A DNA stretch of 26,558 nucleotides. Source: Acidilobaceae archaeon. Its GTDB lineage: Archaea > Thermoproteota > Thermoprotei_A > Sulfolobales > Acidilobaceae. Positions 16,502 through 26,390 of the stretch are shown piece after piece (within the stretch, counting starts at the first letter, position 1; each line of letters starts with the position of its first letter). A model generated the notes under the pieces. The model made no database searches. It was not told where the DNA came from and saw only the letters and a program-made list of their open reading frames with translations. The translations under genes were made by a program, and so were the position numbers. Location: contig JALUDK010000329.1 in assembly GCA_027044005.1 (NCBI GenBank), positions 1 to 26,558 on the forward strand. Reading direction: 5' to 3'.

Positions 16502-16601
16502 ATATATCCCCCCACAACATCTTTTTTATGCATCGATTATCACATTTTACATATAAATACTTTACCTAGATTAGAATATATACGGTTTATTATCAGTCCC
16601 G

Positions 16602-18266
16602 CTAGGATGTGGTGGCGCCCTCTGAAGCCTGTGATACGAGCATCGAGTACTTCCTTAGTAGCCCTTGAGGCGGGGGTGGCGGGGGGCTCCACCTGCCCCT
16701 CCTCTTATCAAGCTCGTCCTCGTTCACCAACAGCCTTATGACGCCACGGGCTCCATCTATCTCTATCTCATCTCCATCCTCCACCAGGGCTATAGGTCCG
16801 CCTACAGCTGCTTCTGGCGCAACGTGTCCTACCATGATCCCCCGGGTAGCCCCGCTGAATCTTCCATCGGTTACCATGGCCACCGTGTCTCCCATTCCTG
16901 CCCCTACTATTGCGGCTGTTACCTTCAGCATCTCGGGCATGCCCGGTGCCCCCTTAGGGCCTACATACCTGATCACGACTACCGATCCAGGGGTTACCTC
17001 GCCGTTCTTGATCGCGTTGAACGCGCTTCTCTCGCTGTCATACACCTTAGCTTGGCCCCTGAAGGCTAGCCTGCCCGAGGCTCCTATCTTCATCACCGCT
17101 CCCTTGGGTGCCAGGTTTCCCCTCAGTATCCTTATACCGGCGTGGGGCTTGAAGGGGTTGTCAACGCTTCTGACAACTTCTCCTACACCGTTTGCGTCGT
17201 ATCTGGATAGGAGTTTCCCTATGCTCTCCCCCTCGACCGTTATTGGGTCTGGATCGAGTAGGCCTGCTTCAAGTAGCTTTTTCAGTATAACTGGGGCCCC
17301 TCCTACCTTGTGTAGGTCTTGCATAGTGAAGGGGCCTCCGGGCTTCATCGCGGCTATTACTGGCACCCTCCTGCTGACCTCGTCTATATCGTCCAGCGTA
17401 AACTTGACTCCTGCCTCCCTGGCTATTGCTAGCAGGTGTAGGATTCCATTGGTGGAGCCTGCTATGGCCATCAGCGTGGTTGCAGCGTTCCTCAGCGCCT
17501 CGTATGTTATTATACTTCTAGCCGTTATTCCCCTCTCAAGCATGTCTAGCACTAGGCTTCCGGCTAGGGACACGTATCTCCCCCTCTCCGCCGATGTTGC
17601 GGGGGGCGTCGCTGATCCTAGGGGGGATACGCCCATGGCCTCTGCCAGTATCGCCATTGTGTTCGCGGTAAATAGGCCCTGGCATGTTCCATATGTTGGC
17701 ATTGCCTGTGCCTCTATTAGCCTTAGCTTCCTCTCGCTCAGTACCCCTCTTATGTAGGCTCCTACGGCCTCGAATGCCTCTTGCACCGTTACGGTTGTCC
17801 CGTCTAGGATGCCTGCCTCCGCGGTGCCCCCGTATATGTAGATGGATGGCATGTCTAGCCTTGCCATCGCCATTATTATGCCTGGCTGCGTCTTGTCGCA
17901 GCCTCCTATCCCGATCCATGCGTCGAATCCGTGGCTGTTAACCTGTGCCTCTATGGTGTCTGCTATCAGCTCCCTGCTGATTAGGCTGTACCTCATCCCA
18001 TCCGTGCCCATATTGATCCCGTCATTCACTACTATGGTGGGCACCGTTAGGGGTGCCCCGCCAGCCTCCCTAACACCCTCCTTCGCCTTCAGGGATAACT
18101 GTAGAGTGTGGAAGTTGCAGGGGCCAGCCTCGCTCCAAGCCGGGACTACGGCTACTAGTGGCTTCTTGAAGTCGTTGTCCTTGAATCCTATGGCCCTGAG
18201 GTAGACCCTGTGCGGCAGGTTCTCTACGCCGTCATACCATACACTACTCCTAGGCCTCCTAGGCAA
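16602..18266 (-). CDS. ilvD: Dihydroxy-acid dehydratase
   Basis: [78 protein letters not shown] start. Confidence 0.96.
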   Translation of the reverse strand: MPRRPRSSVWYDGVENLPHRVYLRAIGFKDNDFKKPLVAVVPAWSEAGPCNFHTLQLSLKAKEGVREAGGAPLTVPTIVVNDGINMGTDGMRYSLISRELIADTIEAQVNSHGFDAWIGIGGCDKTQPGIIMAMARLDMPSIYIYGGTAEAGILDGTTVTVQEAFEAVGAYIRGVLSERKLRLIEAQAMPTYGTCQGLFTANTMAILAEAMGVSPLGSATPPATSAERGRYVSLAGSLVLDMLERGITARSIITYEALRNAATTLMAIAGSTNGILHLLAIAREAGVKFTLDDIDEVSRRVPVIAAMKPGGPFTMQDLHKVGGAPVILKKLLEAGLLDPDPITVEGESIGKLLSRYDANGVGEVVRSVDNPFKPHAGIRILRGNLAPKGAVMKIGASGRLAFRGQAKVYDSERSAFNAIKNGEVTPGSVVVIRYVGPKGAPGMPEMLKVTAAIVGAGMGDTVAMVTDGRFSGATRGIMVGHVAPEAAVGGPIALVEDGDEIEIDGARGVIRLLVNEDELDKRRGRWSPPPPPPQGLLRKYSMLVSQASEGATTS

Positions 18267-18340
18267 CGTGTCAACCCCACTATGGTGGGTCTTAGTTATA
18301 GTGTGTGGATCCCGGCAGGGATAATAACATTGCCCTGGTG

Positions 18341-19864
18341 CTAGGCTTTGATCCTGAGCCCCCTGCCCCCCATTATATTGGTGTATAGCTCGTACTCTCT
18401 CTTCAGGGCCTTAAGGCTAGAGTAGGGGTGGCTGACCAGCTCATGCCACCTAGGCACCTTGTCGGGATCCATCGTTCCAGTGTACCTGGCTAGGTCTATC
18501 CCGGTTCTCTTAGCAGCCGTTTTCATGGATCCCAGCCTGCCGCCTAGCCTAGCCCATTCCACGATTAGCCTCGCCACCTCCTCGTCTCCACGGCTTAACA
18601 CTGTCTGGGCTATGGCGTATCGGGGGTCGTATGACGATACCTGTGCCCCCACCCTTCTGGCCTCTTTCTTGACACGGGCTATCTTGGCCTTGAGCGTGCC
18701 CAGCTCCTCCATCCCTATCCACTGCATGGCTGTTACCGGTTTGGGTATGAACGGGTTGATGGATACCTTGAGCATACCCCTACCTCTTAGCTTCGATGCT
18801 GCTTCCCTGATCATCTGTATGGTCTCCTCTAGGTCCTCGTCCTCCTCTCCTGGTATCCCTACTATTATGTAGAGCTTCACGTTCCTTATTCCCCCTTCTA
18901 TCGCGTTGTCTATAGCTTCCATGGTGCCCCCGGTGCATATCGGCTTGTGGATCGCCTTGGCGATCCTGCAACTACCGGTCTCGGGCGCGATAGTTATGGT
19001 CCTCTGGCCTCCCTCCGCTATGAGCCTAGCCCTCTCGGGTGTAAGCGTCTCGGCCCTTATACTGGGGACTGACGTCTCCAGCCCCATTGATACTGCATAT
19101 TCTAGTATACCCTGCCCGTTGGGGGAGTCGAAGAACGCTAGGCTATAGAAGCTCACTTTCTCGACTTTGCTGGCTTTTACGCCAGCCTCTAGTAGGTCCT
19201 TGAGCACCCTCAGGCTCCTGTCCCTCTTTGGCCTGAATATCGAGCCCTCCATGCAGAACCTGCATCCCCTGGCGCATCCTCTAGTCGTCTCAAGCATGAA
19301 GCTCCTGCCCCATACCGGCTCTACACCCGGTGGAGTCTCCTGGCGTATGGGGTACCATGCCTTGTCCAGGTCTCTAACATAGACCCTCTCTACGGGTAGC
19401 CTGCTTCTGCCCGGTACTAGCATGCCCGGCATGCCAGCTAGCTCGTCTAGTATCCTATCCCTACCCTGGATGTCTAGCGTGTCTGCTAGGCCCTCTAGCA
19501 CGGGTTCCGCCTCGCCGACTAGAACCGCGTCCACCAGGGGGAGGACTGGGCTAGGGTTTGCCGTAACTGCGGGACCACCAGCTATTATGATCGGGTCATC
19601 CTCCCTCCTCTTATCCCGGTATACGGGTATCCTTAGCTGGTCTAGCATCCTTACCAGGTCTAGATACATGAGCTCGTAGGGGAGGCTCACCATTATCAGT
19701 GGGGGGAGCCCACCCCTGAGGTCCCCCTCCAGCCAGCCGTCCTCCAGGAATATCCTCTTGACGCCAACCCGCCTATCCTCTAGGAACGTTGTTAGCATGT
19801 GGAATGCTAGGCTGGAGTACGCCACGCTCCTAGGCCCTGGGTAGGCTATCCCGATCCCCTTCAA
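18341..19864 (-). CDS. Radical SAM protein (B12-binding-like N-terminal domain, COG1032-type)
   Basis: CARGCRFC (CxxxCxxC), [46 protein letters not shown]. Confidence 0.9.
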   Translation of the reverse strand: MKGIGIAYPGPRSVAYSSLAFHMLTTFLEDRRVGVKRIFLEDGWLEGDLRGGLPPLIMVSLPYELMYLDLVRMLDQLRIPVYRDKRREDDPIIIAGGPAVTANPSPVLPLVDAVLVGEAEPVLEGLADTLDIQGRDRILDELAGMPGMLVPGRSRLPVERVYVRDLDKAWYPIRQETPPGVEPVWGRSFMLETTRGCARGCRFCMEGSIFRPKRDRSLRVLKDLLEAGVKASKVEKVSFYSLAFFDSPNGQGILEYAVSMGLETSVPSIRAETLTPERARLIAEGGQRTITIAPETGSCRIAKAIHKPICTGGTMEAIDNAIEGGIRNVKLYIIVGIPGEEDEDLEETIQMIREAASKLRGRGMLKVSINPFIPKPVTAMQWIGMEELGTLKAKIARVKKEARRVGAQVSSYDPRYAIAQTVLSRGDEEVARLIVEWARLGGRLGSMKTAAKRTGIDLARYTGTMDPDKVPRWHELVSHPYSSLKALKREYELYTNIMGGRGLRIKA

Positions 19865-19987
19865 GTCTAGACCCTAGCCCTCCTGGCCCCAGGGCAGGGG
19901 CCCTGTGAGGGGTTATATTTCCGGGGATCATATCCTGCCCGCATTTAAGTGGCGCCTGCTACGCCTGCTTGTATCCGGGTGGTAGTG

Positions 19988-20794
19988 GTGGCGCTGAAGC
20001 CTAGGAAGCCCCTTCCTAGCGTGGGGGAGCTTGTTGTCGGTACTATAGAGGAGGTCCACGACTTCGGGGCTTATCTGACGCTTGATGACTATGGTGGCAT
20101 AAGGGCGTTCCTTCCTTGGAGCGAGATCGCCAGCCGTATGGTCAGGAATATACACGCTGTACTCAAGCCCGAGCAGAAGGTCGTGGTGAAGGTGATCAGA
20201 GTCTACAGGAACAGGGGCCAGGTCGATGTTAGCCTGAAGAGGGTTAGCGATGGCGAGAAGAGGAGGAAGATGATGTGGTACAAGAGGACACTCAAGGCAG
20301 CCACACTCATAGAGATGACGGCCGAGAAGCTGGGCAAGAGCGTAGACGACGCTTACAAGGAGGTTATATGGAGGCTCGAGGACACCTACGGCGATGCAAT
20401 GACCGGCCTAGAACAGGCAGTAATATATGGGGAAAAAGCACTCCGCGATGCTGGGATACCAGAGGAGTGGATCCAGCCACTCCTAGAGGTGGCTAAGAGG
20501 CACGTGGAGGTAAGGAGCGTAAGGATCTCAGGTATACTAACACTCAGGACAACAGCCCCCGATGGGGTAGAGAGGATACGCAAGATCCTACTACAAGCCA
20601 GGGAGGCGGGTAAGTCAGCCTCAGACAAGGTCACTGTAAGAATCTACACCGTCGGGGCCCCCAGGTATAGAGTGGACGTCCAGGGCCACGACTACAGGGA
20701 CCTAGAGGAGGCGCTATCCAGGATCGTGGAGACAACCAAAAGCCTGGCGGGCGAGCTAGAGGTAGAGTCGGGCTTCGAGAGGCTGAAAACATGA
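19988..20794 (+). CDS. eif2a: Translation initiation factor 2 subunit alpha (aIF2-alpha)
   Basis: S1 domain (LPSVGELVVGTI, FLPWSEIA, VDVSLKRV) and C-terminal GAPRYRV. The start is probably GTG 19988 or 19985 after GGGTGG; the ORF track begins at 19949. Confidence 0.96.
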   Translation: MALKPRKPLPSVGELVVGTIEEVHDFGAYLTLDDYGGIRAFLPWSEIASRMVRNIHAVLKPEQKVVVKVIRVYRNRGQVDVSLKRVSDGEKRRKMMWYKRTLKAATLIEMTAEKLGKSVDDAYKEVIWRLEDTYGDAMTGLEQAVIYGEKALRDAGIPEEWIQPLLEVAKRHVEVRSVRISGILTLRTTAPDGVERIRKILLQAREAGKSASDKVTVRIYTVGAPRYRVDVQGHDYRDLEEALSRIVETTKSLAGELEVESGFERLKT

Positions 20795-20967
20795 AGTGGC
20801 TCCTTAGGCGATGCGTCAATTGCGGCAGATACACTCTCAGGAGGGACAAGTGCCCCGTATGCGGGGGCATGGTTAGGGTACCCCATCCTCCCAGGTTCTC
20901 TCCGGAGGACAGGTACCTTAGGTACAGGTACCTTATGAAGAAGCAGTCGGGCAAGCTGCCGGAGTAA
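20791..20967 (+). CDS. nop10: H/ACA RNP protein Nop10 (58 aa; absent from ORF track)
   Basis: Translated by hand: MKWLLRRCVNCGRYTLRRDKCPVCGGMVRVPHPPRFSPEDRYLRYRYLMKKQSGKLPE*. It has a zinc ribbon and the PPRFSPED signature, and an ATGA overlap with the aIF2-alpha stop. Confidence 0.96.
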   Translation: MKWLLRRCVNCGRYTLRRDKCPVCGGMVRVPHPPRFSPEDRYLRYRYLMKKQSGKLPE

Positions 20968-20969
20968 CC

Positions 20970-21482
20970 CTACCAGGGCACGCTTTTTAGGCCCAACTGA
21001 TACGCTATCCAGTTCGTCGATACGTGTAGTATAATTATCACGAATGCCATGACCAGGGCTGCCCCCATACTTATACTGTATCCTGCTAGGTACAGCATTG
21101 CCAGCGCTCCTATGTAGAAGTCCAGCTGGTCCAGTAGGGGGACTGGTGCTCCCCTCTCCTTGCCTAGCCGCCTCTTTATGAATGAACCCGCCATATCTCC
21201 TAGGAGCGCTCCCACGCTCGACGCCAGGGAGGCTCCTATCAGGTTCTCGTTTAGTGCTATAGTCTCTAGTGTACCCACCACTAGTCCTGCCAAGACTCCT
21301 ACTATGAAGCCCTCCACGGTTTTGCCGTCCCCCAGCACCCTCCTACCATCGGGCATCCTGGCCCCCATGTCTATCGGGTGCCCCCTTCCATAGAACTTGG
21401 CGCCAACTACTGGGGCCCCGTTGGCCACCATAGCTGGTAGTATGTATATGAGTAGCTCTACAATATCCTCTGCTAGAGCCAC
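20970..21482 (-). CDS. carS: CDP-archaeol synthase (CDP-2,3-bis-(O-geranylgeranyl)-sn-glycerol synthase)
   Basis: LPAMVANGAPV, PIDMG...DGRRVLGDGKTVEG, GDMAGSFIKRRLG, PLLDQLDF, GLKSVPW. Confidence 0.95.
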   Translation of the reverse strand: MALAEDIVELLIYILPAMVANGAPVVGAKFYGRGHPIDMGARMPDGRRVLGDGKTVEGFIVGVLAGLVVGTLETIALNENLIGASLASSVGALLGDMAGSFIKRRLGKERGAPVPLLDQLDFYIGALAMLYLAGYSISMGAALVMAFVIIILHVSTNWIAYQLGLKSVPW

Positions 21483-22027
21483 TCCACCTCCCTCCCGGCG
21501 AGCCTGTAGATGATTATCCTCTTGTATGGCTTTTGTACCGTCATCCGGTATCTACCGCCTTCTAGCTTCTCGGTGCGGGCCTGGTACCTCATCCACGGCC
21601 TGATATAATGGGATCCGCTGGCCTCGCCCTCGCCTGAAACCTGGGCAATCGCTACCCCGCCTGAGGCACCTAGAAGGGAGGATACGTAGGCCATGATCCC
21701 GCCTAGCCTATAACCGGGGGAGGATCTGTAGTGCCAGTTGATCGTGTCTATGACGGGATACCTGCCCTCTACTATCAGCCTCGTCACAATCCTGGCCATC
21801 TCATCTATGCTGAGCACCTCAACCACTGGCAGGCCATGATGCCTGCTGAATGCTAGAGTGCCTGGCTCTGTGGCTACCACCACTGCCCCGATATCTGGGG
21901 GGCTGCACCTTTGTATCGCGAAGGCTATATGGGTCTTGCCGGTAGAGGCTGGCCCGTAAATAAGGATCGATGATCTACTTCTTACGGCGTTCTCTAGTAT
22001 AGGGTGGAGGCACCTAGAAGAGGCCAC
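21473..22027 (-). CDS. Small RecA/RadA-superfamily ATPase (RadB/aRadC-like paralog)
   Basis: Walker A YGPASTGKT, VVVATE, Walker B-like PVIDT, AIAQV, and a C-terminal beta-hairpin. No N-terminal HhH domain. Confidence 0.72.
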   Translation of the reverse strand: MASSRCLHPILENAVRSRSSILIYGPASTGKTHIAFAIQRCSPPDIGAVVVATEPGTLAFSRHHGLPVVEVLSIDEMARIVTRLIVEGRYPVIDTINWHYRSSPGYRLGGIMAYVSSLLGASGGVAIAQVSGEGEASGSHYIRPWMRYQARTEKLEGGRYRMTVQKPYKRIIIYRLAGREVEWL

Positions 22028-22529
22028 GCCTCCTAGGCCTCTTCAGCTCCCTGAACCTCTTTCTGATCTCTAGGTCCAGCTCTCCGTCTATTATCGACGC
22101 CTTGTTCCTCAGCTCTTCGAAGTGCTTGTTTACAGCGTCTACTAGCCCCTGGGGCACCTTGGCCTTCTCCAACGCGTCCTTACCATCGCTGGTTGTCCTG
22201 AGCTTTCTGTACATTCCCGGCTCTGTCTCGACGAAACCCACATACATCAGGGCAGTTAGGTCGTTCTTGAGATCGGGGCTATAGGGGTACCTGCCCACCA
22301 TTGTAAAGCTGTACCCTAGGTCGTAGCCTAGCTCCTGTAGGTTCTTCACGAGGTCCATGAGCGTCTTCTCATGTATCGGACCGAACTTGTCTACTAGGTA
22401 TAGGATCGCCACCTGCCTATCATTGGACAGAACCTTATCCCTAGTTATTACCTGGAATGTTATGATCTTGAGCTCCTTCCCACCCTTACCCTCTTCGCCC
22501 TTGCCTTCCTCCCTCTTCTTCTTCGCCAT
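22014..22529 (-). CDS. Conserved hypothetical winged-helix protein (YwgA/SocA-Panacea-like motif)
   Basis: YSF....YPYSPDLKNDLTALMYVGFVE resembles the F..y.yGPyS..L..dl..L...G.i motif, followed by YRKLRTTSDGK. ATG 22529 sits 6 nt after GGAGGG; alternative TTG at 22535. Confidence 0.7.
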   Translation of the reverse strand: MAKKKREEGKGEEGKGGKELKIITFQVITRDKVLSNDRQVAILYLVDKFGPIHEKTLMDLVKNLQELGYDLGYSFTMVGRYPYSPDLKNDLTALMYVGFVETEPGMYRKLRTTSDGKDALEKAKVPQGLVDAVNKHFEELRNKASIIDGELDLEIRKRFRELKRPRRRGLF

Positions 22530-22611
22530 ACCCAACCCTCCACCGACACATGTGCTAGTCCTAGAAATTTAAGAGCATATAGCCGGGATTCGGAGATCTA
22601 GGTCGAGTACT

Positions 22612-24420
22612 ATGCGTATCGGCGCCGTAGCTATACTAGCACTAATCCTAGCAAGCACCCTAGCCCCGCTACCCGCATCGGCCCAGGCCAGCGTCGAGGC
22701 CAGCTTCTACGCCCCAGCAGTCTCAGACACTGGCAGGGCAGACCTGATCAGGGTCGATATTAGGATAGACATACCGGGCTCGGGACTCTTCAAGGTCGAT
22801 GCAGGGGGAGAGGTCGACAACACCACTTATCATAGCATGAAGATGGCGGTCATGACCGCTTCCATGTACGCCGGGATCCGGTGGGACTCCATAGATGTCC
22901 GAATTAGGCTCGAGACCAGCAGAAACGTTGCAGGCCCCAGCGGCAGCCTCGGTGTTGCGATAACTACATACCTGCTCCTAACAAGGTATACCCGGGGCTA
23001 CACCGGGCCTGGCGATGTAGCCATAACAGGGGCCATAAGCCCCGACGGCTCCGCCTCCAGGGTAGGAGCAGTAGATCTAAAGTGCAAAGCAGCAATGGAA
23101 CATGGAACCAAGTTCCTATACCCCCTAGTCAACTACACCCCCCAGCTTGGCGACGAGTGCAATGGGACCCCTATACCCAGCATGATCAACGGTACAATGA
23201 CACTTCTAGACACGCCAGCCACGTACATGCAGACTAACATATCCCTACCCACCGAATTCCACGATGCGATGAAGGATGCCGCGGCCAGCCTTGCATCTAA
23301 GGCCAGGAGCCTGCTAGGAGAGCTACCCGAGGAGGGCAGGAGCATCGTCGAGTCGAGGCTCGAGGCCTCCGCTAGGGTGCTCGATAAATCCCCCTACGCA
23401 GCCGCAAGCCTAGCCTTCACAGCACTTTACAATGCATACCGCTACTACTACCAGTCCGCCATGCTGAATGGGACCAACGTGTATGACAGTGCATCCAGGC
23501 TAGTCTCCAGCGTGGGGGAGGAGCTTAGAGGCGTCGAGTCGAGGCTCGAAGGGGCTGATTACAACGGTTCTATACTCTACCTGGAGTTCCTATCCACGGC
23601 CTATACCAGGCTGGCTGACGCTAAGAGCAGCTTAGAAGAGGCCTCTGGGCTGATCAGGGCCAGAGCCCCTACTATTGAGGGCATCCTATCAAACATAGCC
23701 CTCGCCAAGGCTAGGGTTGACACTATAAAGGCTTGGATCGATACTGCTGAGAGGGTTAAGAGTGCAGGCCCCTCTATATCCCGGGATGAGCTCAGGCTGG
23801 CAGTGTCTCTGTACGGTGACTACGCTGGGGAGGCGGTGCTTTACGCTAACTCTATACTGGAGTACTTTATAGAGAACTATAACGCTCCCAGGGATATACT
23901 CCAGGTTAGAATAGAGACCATAAACAACCTTCTCAGGGAGGCCAAGACCTACTATAACGAGGGCAACTACGTGGCGGCACTGGGCTTCTACAGGGAGGCG
24001 TTATCGAGAACCCTATCCCAGATATTCGGCTTCTTCCTGGCAAGGAGCGACCCCAGCATAATAGACGGGTACTACAGGGACCTAAGCAGCCTGGTATCCA
24101 TGGCCCAAGCCCAGCTTGCCACTCATGGGCTCATAAGCGGGCTTGCATTGGCGTATAGGGAATACTCCGAGGTCCTGCTAGAGGAGGATCCAGCAACAGC
24201 CATAGGCCTACTCGAGGAAGCCCTCTCCTCCTCATTCGCCTGGTACACCCTACTACTATCCGAGCCCGCCGCTAGCGCTTCAACGCCCAGGCCAGAGCCT
24301 GTACCCATGCTGAGGGATCCCATCCTGACCGCCACCGTTGGAGTCGCCACATACATACTGGCACTAGCTCTGGTTGCCTGGTACGTAGTCTCGATAATAA
24401 GGAGAGCAACGTACCTATAA
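22612..24420 (+). CDS. Archaeal Lon-like (S16) serine protease domain protein, secreted/membrane-anchored (COG1750-like)
   Basis: Signal peptide, GPSGS (catalytic Ser), AITGAISPDGSASRVGAVDLK (catalytic Lys), a long helical region and a C-terminal TM helix with RR. No Walker motifs. Confidence 0.82.
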   Translation: MRIGAVAILALILASTLAPLPASAQASVEASFYAPAVSDTGRADLIRVDIRIDIPGSGLFKVDAGGEVDNTTYHSMKMAVMTASMYAGIRWDSIDVRIRLETSRNVAGPSGSLGVAITTYLLLTRYTRGYTGPGDVAITGAISPDGSASRVGAVDLKCKAAMEHGTKFLYPLVNYTPQLGDECNGTPIPSMINGTMTLLDTPATYMQTNISLPTEFHDAMKDAAASLASKARSLLGELPEEGRSIVESRLEASARVLDKSPYAAASLAFTALYNAYRYYYQSAMLNGTNVYDSASRLVSSVGEELRGVESRLEGADYNGSILYLEFLSTAYTRLADAKSSLEEASGLIRARAPTIEGILSNIALAKARVDTIKAWIDTAERVKSAGPSISRDELRLAVSLYGDYAGEAVLYANSILEYFIENYNAPRDILQVRIETINNLLREAKTYYNEGNYVAALGFYREALSRTLSQIFGFFLARSDPSIIDGYYRDLSSLVSMAQAQLATHGLISGLALAYREYSEVLLEEDPATAIGLLEEALSSSFAWYTLLLSEPAASASTPRPEPVPMLRDPILTATVGVATYILALALVAWYVVSIIRRATYL

Positions 24421-25029
24421 GAAGTCGAAGAGCGACTTGCCCCTGCCCCCTCTGAGTATCTCGCCTAGCCTCCTGAAATCCTCCTCCAGCATCGGTAGGA
24501 CCTCTCTATTGTAGAGAGCCGCCGCGGGGTGGAATGTGGTGTATATCCCTACCCTTCTCCCAGCTATAACCCCATGCACTAGCCTGCCCCTCTCTGCCCT
24601 TATACCGCGCCACCTTAACCCAGCCATCCTGTATATGGTAGCCCCGGCTATCCTACCCACCGCCATTATTATTTCGGGCTCCACCAGCTGCACTTGCCTC
24701 TGGAGGTAGGGGTTACAAGCGGCTATCTCGTCCTGCCTTGGATCCCTGTTCCCTGGAGGCCTGCACTTGACCACGTTGGTTATATACACCTCCCTCCGGG
24801 CTAGGCCTGCCAGGGAAAGGAGCTTGTCCAGGAGTTTTCCTGCCTGGCCTACGAAGGGCCTCCCGGCCTCGTCCTCCCTTCGGCCTGGAGCCTCGCCCAC
24901 GATCATGACCCTGGATGGTACTGGCCCCTCCCCGGGGACCGGGTTCTTCCTGGACTCGTGTAGCCTGCAACGCGTGCACGTAGCTATCTCTTCTACTAGG
25001 CTTTTATAGAGTCTTAGCCTTTGCTCCAC
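24415..25029 (-). CDS. udg: Uracil-DNA glycosylase family 4
   Basis: CTRCRL (Fe-S Cys), VGEAPG, GRPFVGQAG, YITNVVKCRPPGNRDP, TFHPAAALY. Confidence 0.95.
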   Translation of the reverse strand: MEQRLRLYKSLVEEIATCTRCRLHESRKNPVPGEGPVPSRVMIVGEAPGRREDEAGRPFVGQAGKLLDKLLSLAGLARREVYITNVVKCRPPGNRDPRQDEIAACNPYLQRQVQLVEPEIIMAVGRIAGATIYRMAGLRWRGIRAERGRLVHGVIAGRRVGIYTTFHPAAALYNREVLPMLEEDFRRLGEILRGGRGKSLFDFL

Positions 25030-26086
25030 GCCATACTACCCCGCTCGAGAGTGTATAGTTTGCCATGAAGCCTACTATAATCCCGATAGCTTGACCTAGG
25101 ACTGGGTTCACCCCTGCTAGGGTGTATAGTAGCCTCATTACTATGTATGTTGATGCTATTCCCGCTAGTGAGGATACATGGTATCCTACTAGCCTCTTGG
25201 CTACCCCCTTGGCGAACTTGCTCTTGAATGTCCACTCCTCGTGGAGTATGAAGTTCCATAGTATCCCGGCCTCTATCCCCGCTATGCTTGAAGCGTCAAC
25301 CCCCACTATGGGGAGTAGTAGGTACATGACGCCTAGGTTTAGTAGTGCGCCTATGCCTCCTACTATGGCGAATCTGGCTAGCCTCGAGAGCGCTATTAGG
25401 TGGAGTATGAAGTCAACCATAACTCTTAGACCTAGTTTGCTGTCGCCGGCGGCTCTCCTCTTGAAGGTGTAGGGCACGTCGGCGACCCTGGCTCCGGGGC
25501 TCTTGGCTAGTATCTCTAGCAGTATCTTGTAGCCTCGGGGCCTTAGGTCCTCTAGCCTCACCGCTGCCTTCCTGACTAGGAAGAAGCCTGACATGGGGTC
25601 GCTCGTCTTCCTGGCCTCTCTTACTAGGATCTTCGATACTATGCTAGAGATCATGCTTATGGCGAGCCTGGCCCTGCTCCATCCCTCCACTCCTCCCCCC
25701 TTAGCATACCTTGAGGCCACTACTATGTCGTACCCCTCTCTGGCCTTCCTGACTATGTCTGGGATAACCTCTGGGGGGTGCTGTAGGTCCGCGTCCATGA
25801 CTATTACAAGGCTAGACCTGGCTTCGCGTATGCCCCTGATGACCGCGGTTGCTAGCCCCCTCTCACCGGTCCTCCTGACTAGCCTTATCCTGGGATCTTT
25901 CCTTGACTCCTCCTCGACGATCCTCCAGGTGCCATCTGGGCTATCATCGTCTACCACGACTATCTCGTAGCATTTAGTATGCTTGTCAAGCTCCTCCCTA
26001 ACCTTATCCAGGAAGGTGCCTATTACTTGGGCCTCGTTGTATGTTGGGACAACTATGCTTATCTCCGGCCTGCTACACTCCCCCAT
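25004..26086 (-). CDS. GT2 glycosyltransferase (polyprenol-phosphate mannose synthase-like) with C-terminal GtrA-like domain
   Basis: SIVVPTYNE, VVVDDDSPDGT, GLATAV, VMDADLQHPPE, VVASRY, DPMSGFF, then four short TM segments (FAIVGGIG...WNFILHEEWTF...ANYTLS). Confidence 0.92.
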   Translation of the reverse strand: MGECSRPEISIVVPTYNEAQVIGTFLDKVREELDKHTKCYEIVVVDDDSPDGTWRIVEEESRKDPRIRLVRRTGERGLATAVIRGIREARSSLVIVMDADLQHPPEVIPDIVRKAREGYDIVVASRYAKGGGVEGWSRARLAISMISSIVSKILVREARKTSDPMSGFFLVRKAAVRLEDLRPRGYKILLEILAKSPGARVADVPYTFKRRAAGDSKLGLRVMVDFILHLIALSRLARFAIVGGIGALLNLGVMYLLLPIVGVDASSIAGIEAGILWNFILHEEWTFKSKFAKGVAKRLVGYHVSSLAGIASTYIVMRLLYTLAGVNPVLGQAIGIIVGFMANYTLSSGVVWRGAKAKTL

Positions 26087-26097
26087 TTGCCGCGTCC

Positions 26098-26304
26098 TCA
26101 GTACTCGTAGAGCTGAGGCCTGGCTTGCTCTGGCAGGTCGCCCTCGTCTAGGACCTTAAACGTGAACGGGGGCTCCCTCACCTTTGGCCCTACTACCAGG
26201 TACTTGTCGGGATCGTCATCCCCCCGACTCTTGAATACCCTAACCTTCACGTACCAGCCGTCCCTCCTCCTAACATATACATACTTCCCGTGCTTGCCCC
26301 CCAT
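26098..26304 (-). CDS. Small conserved crenarchaeal protein (DUF5622-like)
   Basis: MGGKHGKYVYVRRRDGWYVKVRVFK...KY...DLP resembles the DUF5622 pattern as I recall it. First gene of the GT2-UDG run. Confidence 0.7.
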   Translation of the reverse strand: MGGKHGKYVYVRRRDGWYVKVRVFKSRGDDDPDKYLVVGPKVREPPFTFKVLDEGDLPEQARPQLYEY

Positions 26305-26390
26305 GCTCCGCCACCACCCACGCCTCTCTCTGTCTAGGATTATAAAATGGTAGGGTTATCAGGAGCCTATAATACTACAGGCTGCCGGGG

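Noticed and set aside
16738-17757. 339-aa plus-strand ORF
   Set aside because: It is the antisense shadow of ilvD, is S/P/T/I-rich with no motif, and is expected opposite a GC-rich gene. The same applies to the many shorter nested or antisense ORFs in the track (e.g. 10584-11204, 14128-14640, 15585-16052).
18275-18338. Two small hairpins (CCCAC/GTGGG, CAGGG/CCCTG) between the radical SAM gene and ilvD
   Set aside because: 5-bp GC stems are expected by chance. No C/D or H/ACA layout could be completed, and CCCGGCAGGGAT is only an imperfect match to the anti-16S sequence.
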